This document shows, piece by piece, positions 16,377-27,438 of a stretch of 36,439 nucleotides of DNA. Positions within the stretch are counted from its first letter, which is position 1, and each line of letters begins with the position of its first letter. The translations under genes and the position numbers were made by a program. The notes beneath the pieces are model-generated. The model did no database searches. It saw only the letters and a list, made by a program, of their open reading frames with translations, and was not told where the DNA came from. The stretch comes from Elusimicrobiota bacterium (GTDB lineage: Bacteria > Elusimicrobiota > Elusimicrobia > UBA1565), in contig JBDREN010000144.1 of the NCBI GenBank assembly GCA_043819795.1, positions 1-36,439 on the forward strand, given 5' to 3'.

Positions 16377-18482
16377 ATGAGACGTCTTATGAAGGGGACA
16401 TTCGTCTTGTTCGCGGGCCTGCTTCCGGCGTGCGGAACGCCGGCTCACGCCGGCGCCGTCCGCGCCCCGCACTCCGAAGCGGAGCTCATCACCGAGCATG
16501 GAACGGCGACGCCCGGAGAGGCGCTGTGGGCCGCGGTGCGCCTCAAGCCGGACGAAGGCTGGCATATCTACTGGAGCAACCCCGGCGATTCGGGGACCGC
16601 GCCCGAAGTGGAGTGGCGGCTCCCCGAGGGATTCGAGGCGAGCCCCATCCGGTGGCCGTACCCCCGGAGGATAGAGGTCCCGCCTCTCGTCAACTACGGC
16701 TACGAGGAAGAAGTCCTGCTGCTGAGCCGCCTGAAGGTTCCCGGAGCCCTGCGGCCGGGCGCCCGCGTGACCCTTTCCGCGCGGGCCGAGTGGCTCGTCT
16801 GCAATGAGGTGTGCCTGCCCGCCGCGGCGGACCTCAGCGCGTCCCTCCGGGCGGGGCCGGCTCCGGGACCCGCGGATCCTCGCTTCCAGGCCGCGCGCCG
16901 GAGGCTTCCCGTCGCGCCGCGGGGATGGAGACTCGACGCCCGGCCGGACGGGGACTTCATCGTGCTCTCCGTGAGACCGCCCCCCGGCGCGAGCCTTCCG
17001 CGCTCCTCCATGCGCTTCTTCCCGCGGGAACCGCTAGTCATCGAGAACGCGGCGCCCCAGGAAGCGTCGCGGGATGACGACGGGACCGCCCGCGTCCGCC
17101 TTCACGCGTCCAAGGCCGCGTCGGTCCTTCCGGGACGCCTCCGAGGCGTCCTGGTCTCGGAGGACGGCTGGAGCGGCCGCAAGGCGCTGCGGGTCGACGT
17201 CCCTCTGCGCTCCGCGCGCACGCGGAGCTTGCTCGCGAGCATCTTAATGGCGCTGGCCGGAGGCCTGCTCCTGAACCTGATGCCGTGCGTGTTCCCCGTG
17301 CTCTCGCTGAAGCTCCTGTCGTTCGTCCGGCAGTCGGCGGGCTCCGCGGCGGACCTTCGAAGGCACGGCCTCGCCTTCGCGGGAGGCGTCATTGTCTCGT
17401 TCTGGGCGCTGGCCGGGGCGCTCCTGGCGCTCAGGGCCGCCGGCCAGCAGATAGGCTGGGGCTTCCAGCTCCAGTCGCCCGCCTTCGTGGCCTTCCTCGC
17501 GGCCTTGTTCTTCCTGCTGGGCCTCTCCTTGCTCGGCGTCTTCGAGATCGGGGCGTCCTGGGCGTCTTGGGGCGCGGGCGGGACCCGACGGGAAGGCTAC
17601 GCCGGCTCGCTCATGGGCGGCGTGCTGGCCACCCTCGTGGCGACTCCCTGCACGGCCCCCTTTATGGGCACCGCTCTCGGATACGCGCTCACCGTGCCCG
17701 CCGGAGCGGCCCTGGCCGTATTCTCGGCGCTCGGGATCGGGATGTCCGCGCCCTACGTGGCGCTGTCGTTCAAGCCCGGATGGCTCCGGCGCCTCCCCAA
17801 GCCGGGCCCTTGGATGGAGAGCTTCAAGCAGTTGATCGCGTTCCCGCTGCTGGCCACCGTCGTGTGGCTGGGCTGGGTCCACGCGCAGCAGACCGGGGCG
17901 CAGGGTACCTTGCGGCTGCTCTCCGGCCTGTGGCTGATGGGACTGGGGGCATGGCTCCTGGGCCGCTGGGGCAGGCCGGTCGATGAGAAGGTCCGGCGCC
18001 TGGCCGCCCGCGGCGCCGCGGCCGCCTTGCTCTTCTTGGGGCTCGGAGCCGCCATGACCGCCCCGCCATTCGCGGAGACGCCGGCCCTGCTCGCCAAGAA
18101 CGCCGACAGCGCGATCCCATGGCGGCCCTACTCGGACGAAGGCTTGGCGAAGCTCAGGCGACGGGGCCGTCCCGTCTTTTTGGATTTCACGGCCGCCTGG
18201 TGCGTCACATGCCAGGTGAACGAGCGGGTGGCCCTGGGCTCCGACGAGGTGGCGCGGGCCTTCCGGGAGAAGGGCGTGGCCGCGCTGCGCGCCGATTGGA
18301 CCTCCCGCGACCCGGCCGTCACCCGGGCCCTGGCGCGCTACGGCCGGAGCGGAGTGCCCCTCTATGTCCTCTACGGCCCCTCGGCCGACGCCCCCGCCGC
18401 CATACTGCCGGCGGTTCTGACACCGGGGATCGTGCTCGACGCTTTGCGTGAGATCCCAGCAGCGAAAGGAGGTCCTATATGA
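16377..18482 (+). CDS. dsbD: DsbD/ScsB-family membrane disulfide reductase
   Basis: GWHIYWSNPGDSG and CNEVC (alpha), NLMPCVFPVL and TPCTAPF (beta), DFTAAWCVTC (thioredoxin gamma domain). Confidence 0.92.
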   Translation: MRRLMKGTFVLFAGLLPACGTPAHAGAVRAPHSEAELITEHGTATPGEALWAAVRLKPDEGWHIYWSNPGDSGTAPEVEWRLPEGFEASPIRWPYPRRIEVPPLVNYGYEEEVLLLSRLKVPGALRPGARVTLSARAEWLVCNEVCLPAAADLSASLRAGPAPGPADPRFQAARRRLPVAPRGWRLDARPDGDFIVLSVRPPPGASLPRSSMRFFPREPLVIENAAPQEASRDDDGTARVRLHASKAASVLPGRLRGVLVSEDGWSGRKALRVDVPLRSARTRSLLASILMALAGGLLLNLMPCVFPVLSLKLLSFVRQSAGSAADLRRHGLAFAGGVIVSFWALAGALLALRAAGQQIGWGFQLQSPAFVAFLAALFFLLGLSLLGVFEIGASWASWGAGGTRREGYAGSLMGGVLATLVATPCTAPFMGTALGYALTVPAGAALAVFSALGIGMSAPYVALSFKPGWLRRLPKPGPWMESFKQLIAFPLLATVVWLGWVHAQQTGAQGTLRLLSGLWLMGLGAWLLGRWGRPVDEKVRRLAARGAAAALLFLGLGAAMTAPPFAETPALLAKNADSAIPWRPYSDEGLAKLRRRGRPVFLDFTAAWCVTCQVNERVALGSDEVARAFREKGVAALRADWTSRDPAVTRALARYGRSGVPLYVLYGPSADAPAAILPAVLTPGIVLDALREIPAAKGGPI

Positions 18483-19117
18483 ATGCGAGACTGAACGTGC
18501 TCCGGCCCCTCGCCGCCGCGGCTCTGGTGGCGGGGCTCATCGGGTACGGCTGCGCGGAGAAGGCCGCCTTCAAGGCGGTCAAGATCGGCGAGCCGGCGCC
18601 TGAGTTCACGTTGCCGGACGCGACGGGGAAGCCGGTGAGCCTCTCCGAGGCCGAGGGCAAGTACGTCGTGCTCGAGTGGCACAACCTCGGCTGCCCCTTC
18701 GTGAAGAAGCACTACGGCGGCGGCAACATGCAGGCCCTGCAGAAGCGGTTCACGAAGAAGGGAGTGCTCTGGTACTCGATCATCTCCTCGGCCCCGGGCA
18801 AGCAAGGCTTCATGGAGCCGAAGCAGGCCCGCGAGCACTTCAAGAAGGTCGGCGGGTCCCCGACCGCGGTGCTCCTGGATCCCGACGGGAAGGTCGGCCG
18901 TCTCTACGGCGCGAAGACCACGCCGCACATGTACGTGATAGACCCAAAGGGTGTGCTCCGCTACAATGGGGCCATCGACGACATCGCGTCCGCGGATCCC
19001 GACGACGTGAAGGACTCCAAGAACTACGTAGCCGCGGCGCTCGAGTCGCTGATGGAAGGCGGGGCGGTGGACGAGCCGCTGACGAGGCCCTACGGGTGCT
19101 CCGTCAAGTACAAGTAG
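18479..19117 (+). CDS. Exported peroxiredoxin-like redoxin (AhpC/TSA, PrxL type), probable lipoprotein
   Basis: ATGA overlap with dsbD, AAGGAGG RBS, GYGC lipobox-like site, APEFTL, EWHNLGCPFV, YGAKTTP, YNGAID, YGCSVKY. Confidence 0.88.
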   Translation: MNARLNVLRPLAAAALVAGLIGYGCAEKAAFKAVKIGEPAPEFTLPDATGKPVSLSEAEGKYVVLEWHNLGCPFVKKHYGGGNMQALQKRFTKKGVLWYSIISSAPGKQGFMEPKQAREHFKKVGGSPTAVLLDPDGKVGRLYGAKTTPHMYVIDPKGVLRYNGAIDDIASADPDDVKDSKNYVAAALESLMEGGAVDEPLTRPYGCSVKYK

Positions 19118-19268
19118 CAGGTGTCAGTCCACGACTCATGTGACTTATGTGACTCTTTACCCCCGGTAGCCACGATCATGGCCGCATAACGATCATAGTC
19201 CGCCGCATTGCACGCGTTCGTCGCCTCGAACAAGCTCCTAAACTCACATAAGTCGGAGACGCCATTGG

Positions 19269-19284
19269 TGTGACCAAAATCACA
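19269..19284. promoter_or_regulatory. CRP/FNR-family palindromic site
   Basis: TGTGA-CCAAAA-TCACA is an exact match to the TGTGA-N6-TCACA consensus, upstream of TTGAAT(19307)-18 bp-TAATAT(19331). Confidence 0.6.
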
Positions 19285-19339
19285 TCGGGGATTGCCCAAA
19301 GTCACGTTGAATTCGTCGTGAATCGGGGGTTAATATATC

Positions 19340-19702
19340 ATGCAGATGAACAAGATGCTTCAGAGAGAGATCCGAATCCGAAGGAGCCTGCCCCCCCGTC
19401 CCAGGCCGAGCCAGCCCGTCACGCGCGGCGAGCGGACCGTGAAGCCCGCGCCGAAGAGCGACCCCGGCCAGGAGAGGCGGTTCACTCCGCATCTCATCCG
19501 CCTCATCGTTTTCGCGCTATTGGCGCTAATCACTTTGGTGCTGGGCTTGGTCTTTGCCGGAGAACGCAGCGTCGGCGAGACGCGCGAGGGAGTCTCGACG
19601 GACGAGGCTTGCTGGCAGCTCTCGCTGAACCCAGACGACTGCGCCCCGCCGCGAAGCGGCTTCCCCGACGGATCGAGCCTCCGCTTGGTCCGCGACAGGT
19701 AG
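19340..19702 (+). CDS. Hypothetical single-pass membrane protein
   Basis: 120-aa ORF (start may be ATG 19346) with basic/Pro-rich N-terminus, one TM (LIVFALLALITLVLGLVFA) and a Cys pair; preceded by a promoter-like sequence. Confidence 0.55.
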   Translation: MQMNKMLQREIRIRRSLPPRPRPSQPVTRGERTVKPAPKSDPGQERRFTPHLIRLIVFALLALITLVLGLVFAGERSVGETREGVSTDEACWQLSLNPDDCAPPRSGFPDGSSLRLVRDR

Positions 19703-19769
19703 GCCCAAGCGGGAGGCGCGGGACCGCTCGGTCCCGCGCCCACAAAGCACCGCGGATAGTGGTACGCCC

Positions 19770-19811
19770 GAAAGGCCTCCCCTTCCCCCCAGGGGGGGCC
19801 TTTCATCTTTT
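19770..19811 (+). terminator. Intrinsic terminator-like hairpin
   Basis: GAAAGGCCTCCCCT...AGGGGGGGCCTTTC followed by ATCTTTT. Confidence 0.55.
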
Positions 19812-19986
19812 GTACGCGTCCCTCCCCCGCGGGGAGGGATCGCGGGAATAGGAGGGGGCGGAGCCATCGCCCCCCCACGTAGGCAACCCCCCATAGGGGG
19901 CCGCCGACATGTCTGCGGAGAACCGGGGCCCACTCTCCTCCTTGCCCGGTTTCCTTATAAACTGCTATTTTCTAGGCGAGGTTCCC

Positions 19987-22875
<2,889 letters not shown>

Positions 22876-22917
22876 GCCCGCGCGGATAACGGCGCGCGGG
22901 TCAGTTCTCTCATGCCA

Positions 22918-22946
22918 TTGACGGAGGAGGGAGAAACAGTTATCGT
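22918..22946 (+). promoter_or_regulatory. Sigma70-type promoter of the FG-GAP protein gene
   Basis: TTGACG-17 bp-TATCGT downstream of a CCCGCGCG/CGCGCGGG hairpin (22877-22900). Confidence 0.55.
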
Positions 22947-23050
22947 AAGTGCAGGCGGACTACCTCATTTGTCTCCCCCATCGACCGATCCTCCGCCCCG
23001 GAAGCGTCAGTGCTTGGAGGATGTCCCAGAACACTAACGGAGGCTGCGTG

Positions 23051-24580
23051 ATGAGAAAGGAACGGATCGGCGGTCTGAAGTCTTTTATCGGCATGCTCGC
23101 CATAGGCGCCGTCATGACTGTCCTGCCCGCGGAAGCGCTCGAGATCAAGCTCGTCCCGTCCGACGCCCAGGCGGGCGACCTCACGGGAGGAGGTCTCGCG
23201 ATCTCCGGCGACGTGGCCGCGATCGGCACCCACTCAGGGGCGCCTTCCGGCGCGGTCTACGTCTTCAAGTACGACGGCGCCCGGTGGAACGAGACCCAGA
23301 AGATCACCGCCTCCGAGGGCCAACCCAGGGACGCCTACGGCGGAGAGATCCACATCTCCGCCACCGGCGAAACCATGATCGTGAGCGCGCACAACGACGA
23401 TGGCTCGAGCGGCCATCCCGAGATGCCCCCCTATCCCGGCGTGGGCGCGGCCTACATCTACCGGCTCGATCCCGTCACCGGGATGTATGAGGAGGAAGCC
23501 AAGCTGACGGGCGACTACACCAAGGCCTACTTCGGCAATACCGCCGTCAGCATCCAGGACGACGTGGCCGCAGTGGGAGCGACGGGCCACAGCTACTCGA
23601 GAGGAAGGGTCTACATCTACCGGTTCGACGGCGCCGGCTGGAACCGGGTCCAGGACTTCGTCCACGCCGGAGCCAGAGACTACGACTATTTCGGAGCCAG
23701 CGTCTCCATCTTCGGGGACGACATGGTCGTCGGATGCAGCGGGGAGAACGCCACGGCCCGCAACTCGGGTTCGGCGTATGCCTATCACTACAATCCCGGC
23801 ACCTCGAGCTGGGAGCTGGTGCGGGAGCTGACACCGTCGGATGGGGCGCGCGAGCAGTACTACGGCCGGAGCGTCTCCATGGGCGCGGGCGTGCTCGCCG
23901 TGGGGACCGCCGTGCTCCCGGCGGACGGGGTGAACCCCAACGGAGCCCTCTATATCTTCCGCTTCGACGGCGCGACCTGGGTCGAGGAGCAGAAAATCAC
24001 CTCCTCGGACGGCGCGGCCGGCGACCAGTTCGGGCGCTGGGTATCCCTCGTGGGCGACAAGGTCATCGCGGGAGCCGAGCACTCGAACGACCATACGGGC
24101 GCGGCCTACATCTATGAGTTCGACGGCGCCTCCTGGGGCAACGAGGAGAAGCTGACCGCTTCGGACGGACAGCCCGGCGACTATTTCGGCGCCCGGGTCG
24201 CCATCAACCAGGCGGGCATCCCCATCGTGGGAGCGGCTTATTCCGGAGGGGCCGTCGGAGCGGCCTACATCTACGTCGCGGACACGCCCGAGATCCTCAT
24301 CGAGGATGCCATCGAGGCCGTTGCCGAGCTTCCGGCCGCGAGCGTCACCACGGCGGGCAACCAAACGGCCTTGGGGAACCTCCTGGATCAGTCCTTCAAG
24401 CTCATCGAGCGCGGCGACACGGGCATGCTGGAGAGGGCTATCGCCCGCACGGACGGGTGCGCGCTGCGCGGCGCGCCGGACACCAAGGGGCTGGGCAGGG
24501 ACTGGATCACGGACTGCGCCGCCCAGCTGGAGCTGTATTCTCTGCTGACGCAGGCGCTCGCGGGGGCTCAGTCGCAGTAG
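23051..24580 (+). CDS. Secreted FG-GAP repeat (beta-propeller) protein with C-terminal helical domain
   Basis: GGAGG RBS, signal peptide (AEA|L), about seven repeats of KLTASDG...FGxxVxI.GD..vVGA...GAAYIY. Confidence 0.85.
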   Translation: MRKERIGGLKSFIGMLAIGAVMTVLPAEALEIKLVPSDAQAGDLTGGGLAISGDVAAIGTHSGAPSGAVYVFKYDGARWNETQKITASEGQPRDAYGGEIHISATGETMIVSAHNDDGSSGHPEMPPYPGVGAAYIYRLDPVTGMYEEEAKLTGDYTKAYFGNTAVSIQDDVAAVGATGHSYSRGRVYIYRFDGAGWNRVQDFVHAGARDYDYFGASVSIFGDDMVVGCSGENATARNSGSAYAYHYNPGTSSWELVRELTPSDGAREQYYGRSVSMGAGVLAVGTAVLPADGVNPNGALYIFRFDGATWVEEQKITSSDGAAGDQFGRWVSLVGDKVIAGAEHSNDHTGAAYIYEFDGASWGNEEKLTASDGQPGDYFGARVAINQAGIPIVGAAYSGGAVGAAYIYVADTPEILIEDAIEAVAELPAASVTTAGNQTALGNLLDQSFKLIERGDTGMLERAIARTDGCALRGAPDTKGLGRDWITDCAAQLELYSLLTQALAGAQSQ

Positions 24581-24644
24581 CGCGGCGGGCGAGCGAGCGC
24601 GTCGAAGCGGTCTCGCGCTCGCCGCGGACGTCCGGCCCGGCCGG

Positions 24645-25466
24645 TCAGGGGATGTCCCGGACCTGGTAGGAGTCCCTGTCCGAGGTACGGACGACTAGCT
24701 CGCGGCACCGCTCGAGTTCGGCGGGATCGAGACGCAGCGGCTCGCCCTCATAGCCGTTCTCCCCGAACGGCGAGAACACGTGCTCGGTGCCTTCGTACTC
24801 GAAGAACGGGTCCTTCCCCGACCGGTTGACCGCCGCCACGTACGCCTGCGTTAGGACCGCGTAAGCCGAGGTGACCGTCTTGAACTGGTAGCTCTTGTGC
24901 GGCCCGCCGATCCAGCAGGCGGGCACGAGCATGAGGTCCACTCCCGCCCTCGCGTACTCGTGAAACAGGGCCGGGAACCGGATGTCGAAGCAGACGGCGA
25001 TGCCGACCCGCCAGCCCCGGTATTCGAACACCGCTCCGGAGAAGCCGGCCGAATAGCCGGCGGACTCGGGATTCTTTCCGAGGGTGAACAGGTGGATCTT
25101 GTGGTAGCGGCAGGCGACCTTCCCGTCCGGCCCGATCACGACCGTCGTGTTGAACGGGCGCGCCGGGTCCGCCGGGTTCGGCTCGGGGAAGCCCGCCGAC
25201 AGGCCGGTCCGGGCCTTGCGCGCGATGTCCATGAGCCGCTCCACGTACCTGTGCGGAGGCTCGAGCGAGAAGGACTCGACCCCTTTGGTGACGAAGCCGG
25301 TCAGCGTGAGCTCGGGGAAGAGGAAAAGCCGGGCCTCGGAAGGGATCTCCGGAGAGCGCTCCAGCCCGCGACGGACGGCCTCCTCCAGGCGCCGGAGGTT
25401 CTCCACGGGGTCCTTCCAGGCCAGGTCGAGCGTCATCGGGGCGAGGGCCAGCTCTTGACGGGGCAT
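24645..25466 (-). CDS. Nitrilase-family carbon-nitrogen hydrolase (omega-amidase-like)
   Basis: Catalytic triad motifs FPEL, YHKIHLF, VCFDIRFP. Confidence 0.88.
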   Translation of the reverse strand: MPRQELALAPMTLDLAWKDPVENLRRLEEAVRRGLERSPEIPSEARLFLFPELTLTGFVTKGVESFSLEPPHRYVERLMDIARKARTGLSAGFPEPNPADPARPFNTTVVIGPDGKVACRYHKIHLFTLGKNPESAGYSAGFSGAVFEYRGWRVGIAVCFDIRFPALFHEYARAGVDLMLVPACWIGGPHKSYQFKTVTSAYAVLTQAYVAAVNRSGKDPFFEYEGTEHVFSPFGENGYEGEPLRLDPAELERCRELVVRTSDRDSYQVRDIP

Positions 25467-25470
25467 GGGC

Positions 25471-26748
25471 TCAGTACCCGGGAGCGAGCCGCGCCAGCTG
25501 CTCGTCGAAGCGCCGCTGGAACCGGGGGTCCAGCACGTCGGTGCAGACCGCGTAGCGGATGAGGGGTTTGCTCTCTCCGTCCGCGGAGGGCTCCTGGAAG
25601 TGCACTCCCACGATGCCCGTCTCGGCGATCATCAGGCGGTTGAAGGCCTCGTGCGCGGGCATGCCCCTCTTGCGGGCGTCGTCGGCCAGCGACACGCCCA
25701 GGATCTTCTCCGGAGCCTTCCAGAGCGTGAAGAAGCCGGCGTCCGTCGCGCAGGCCTGGCGGAGTCCGGCCTCCTTGAAGCGGGCGATCACATAGTCGAG
25801 CCGCCGGCGGTACATATCGCGCAGGCCCTCCATGGACTTGCGCGCCGCGGTCCGGTCCTTGAAGAACTCGCCGTAGGCCGCCATCACGTAGGGCACCGGC
25901 CCCGAGCCGGCGTTCCCCTTGATCATGAGGAAGTCCTCGATAAAGTCCTTCGAGCCGACCAGCGCGCCGAGGCGCGCGCCGGGATCGCTGAACGACTTGC
26001 TGACCGAATAAAGCTCCAGCCACTCCAGGTCGGGGTAATCCTTCGCCACGGCCGCGAGCGGGACGTGGCTCTCGTCGGTGAGGCCCGCGTAGGCGGCGTC
26101 GTTGGCGAGCCGGGTCCCCGACTCGATACAGTATTCGATGAGCGCCTTCCATTCCCCGGCGCTCGAGCCGACCGAGGCCGGGTTCCCGGGCCGGATGACG
26201 AACACGAGGTCGGCCCGCTCGGCCCCGCGCCGCTCGAGCGCTTCCTTAAGACGATCGAGGTTGAGCCGCATGCCGTCGGCCGACGCCAGGGGCCAGACGA
26301 CGCGCTCGGTCCCCAGATACTCGTCGGACCACGTGCCGATGACGTCGTAGGCCGGCAGGTTCGAGGCCACCCGGAAGCCTTCGCGCCCCTTCCTGTCCGG
26401 AAGGTGCAGGCCGCACGCAAGCGGCACCAGCAAAGTCGCCGTCTTGATGCCGGGGACCGGCACGGCCCTCAGGCGCTCGTGCTCCCGGTACTTGATCCGG
26501 CCGTGGAGCTCGACCATCCCCTCGGTGAACTCGTTGAGGTCCCGGTCCTCGGCGTAGGTATGGTAGACGAAGCCGGGGTCCGCGGCGAAGCGGGCCTGGA
26601 GCCCGCGCACGGCCTCGGGCGGGATCCCGTCGGGGTTTCCCAGGGAGAGGTCGAGCGCCGGCAGGCCGGACTTCTCCTGATACTCCCGGATCAGGATGTA
26701 GATGAGCTGAAAAAGGTTGATTCCGGCGTCAGGGACCCGTCGCGTCAT
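25471..26748 (-). CDS. PLP-dependent class I/II aminotransferase
   Basis: LDLSLGNPD, PGNPA, NDAAY, SVSKSFSDPGARLG (PLP Lys), IRYAV. Confidence 0.85.
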   Translation of the reverse strand: MTRRVPDAGINLFQLIYILIREYQEKSGLPALDLSLGNPDGIPPEAVRGLQARFAADPGFVYHTYAEDRDLNEFTEGMVELHGRIKYREHERLRAVPVPGIKTATLLVPLACGLHLPDRKGREGFRVASNLPAYDVIGTWSDEYLGTERVVWPLASADGMRLNLDRLKEALERRGAERADLVFVIRPGNPASVGSSAGEWKALIEYCIESGTRLANDAAYAGLTDESHVPLAAVAKDYPDLEWLELYSVSKSFSDPGARLGALVGSKDFIEDFLMIKGNAGSGPVPYVMAAYGEFFKDRTAARKSMEGLRDMYRRRLDYVIARFKEAGLRQACATDAGFFTLWKAPEKILGVSLADDARKRGMPAHEAFNRLMIAETGIVGVHFQEPSADGESKPLIRYAVCTDVLDPRFQRRFDEQLARLAPGY

Positions 26749-26793
26749 TCGATGCCCTCGGCCGGACACGCCGCGTCCGGCCCGGGCACCATC

Positions 26794-27273
26794 CTACCAA
26801 ATGCAATCCGCGGCGAACAGCGCGACCATGGCCAGGCCGAGCAGCACCCGTCCCGCTGTCGAGGCGATCAGGCCCAGCCCCGCGCCGAGCCCGGCGCGGA
26901 CCGCCCCGGCGAAGGTCCTCCGGGAGCCTATCAGCTCGCCGAGGATCGCCCCGAGGATCGCCCCGGCCAGCACCCCTAAGATGCCTCCAAGCAGCCCCGC
27001 AAGGCCGCCCAAACCGGCGCCCGACAGTCCCCAGGCCGTCGCTCCCATGCGCTTCGCGCCGCCCAGCGTGCAGGCCATGTCCACCACGGTCGCGGCGGCC
27101 GCGAGCACGGCCAGCCCCGCGATCGTCCACCAGGAAAGGTATTGAGGAAGGAAAAGCCTATGCAGGACCGCCGCCACGAGGATGATCGGCGCCCCCGGCA
27201 CGGCCGGCACCACGGTCCCGGCCAGGCCGACGATTATAAGCAGGATGCAGAGAGTCCAGACGATCGCTTCCAT
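26794..27273 (-). CDS. DUF456-family membrane protein
   Basis: GLAGTVVPAVPG, GAKRMGAT, GAILGAILGEL, Gly-rich hydrophobic helices. Confidence 0.85.
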   Translation of the reverse strand: MEAIVWTLCILLIIVGLAGTVVPAVPGAPIILVAAVLHRLFLPQYLSWWTIAGLAVLAAAATVVDMACTLGGAKRMGATAWGLSGAGLGGLAGLLGGILGVLAGAILGAILGELIGSRRTFAGAVRAGLGAGLGLIASTAGRVLLGLAMVALFAADCIW

Positions 27274-27324
27274 ATGCCTCGCGAAGACGGCTCAGGTTAA
27301 GGATAGTGCGAAGAGCGCCGCTTC

Positions 27325-27382
27325 GCCAGGCCGGGACTGTTGCCAGGCCGGGACTTGACAGCTCCTCATGAGCGGATAAAAT
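27325..27382 (+). promoter_or_regulatory. Sigma70 promoter with an upstream 14-bp direct repeat
   Basis: GCCAGGCCGGGACT at 27325 and 27342; TTGACA (27355-27360), 16 bp, TAAAAT (27377-27382). Confidence 0.65.
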
Positions 27383-27438
27383 GGTCTAATCTACGGGCTG
27401 TCCGTGCGGTCGATCGCCCGGGACAAAGGGGGACTGCA

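Noticed and set aside
19090..19305. 71-aa minus-strand ORF in the low-GC patch
   Set aside because: TTG-type start, no RBS, overlaps the redoxin 3' end, atypical codon usage; better explained as regulatory DNA.
19703..19986. Glycine riboswitch upstream of gcvP
   Set aside because: No recognisable GGAGA...CCGAAG...CTCTCAGG aptamer. A promoter-like TTGCCC-18-TATTTT with extended TG sits only 15 nt before the ATG, leaving no room for one.
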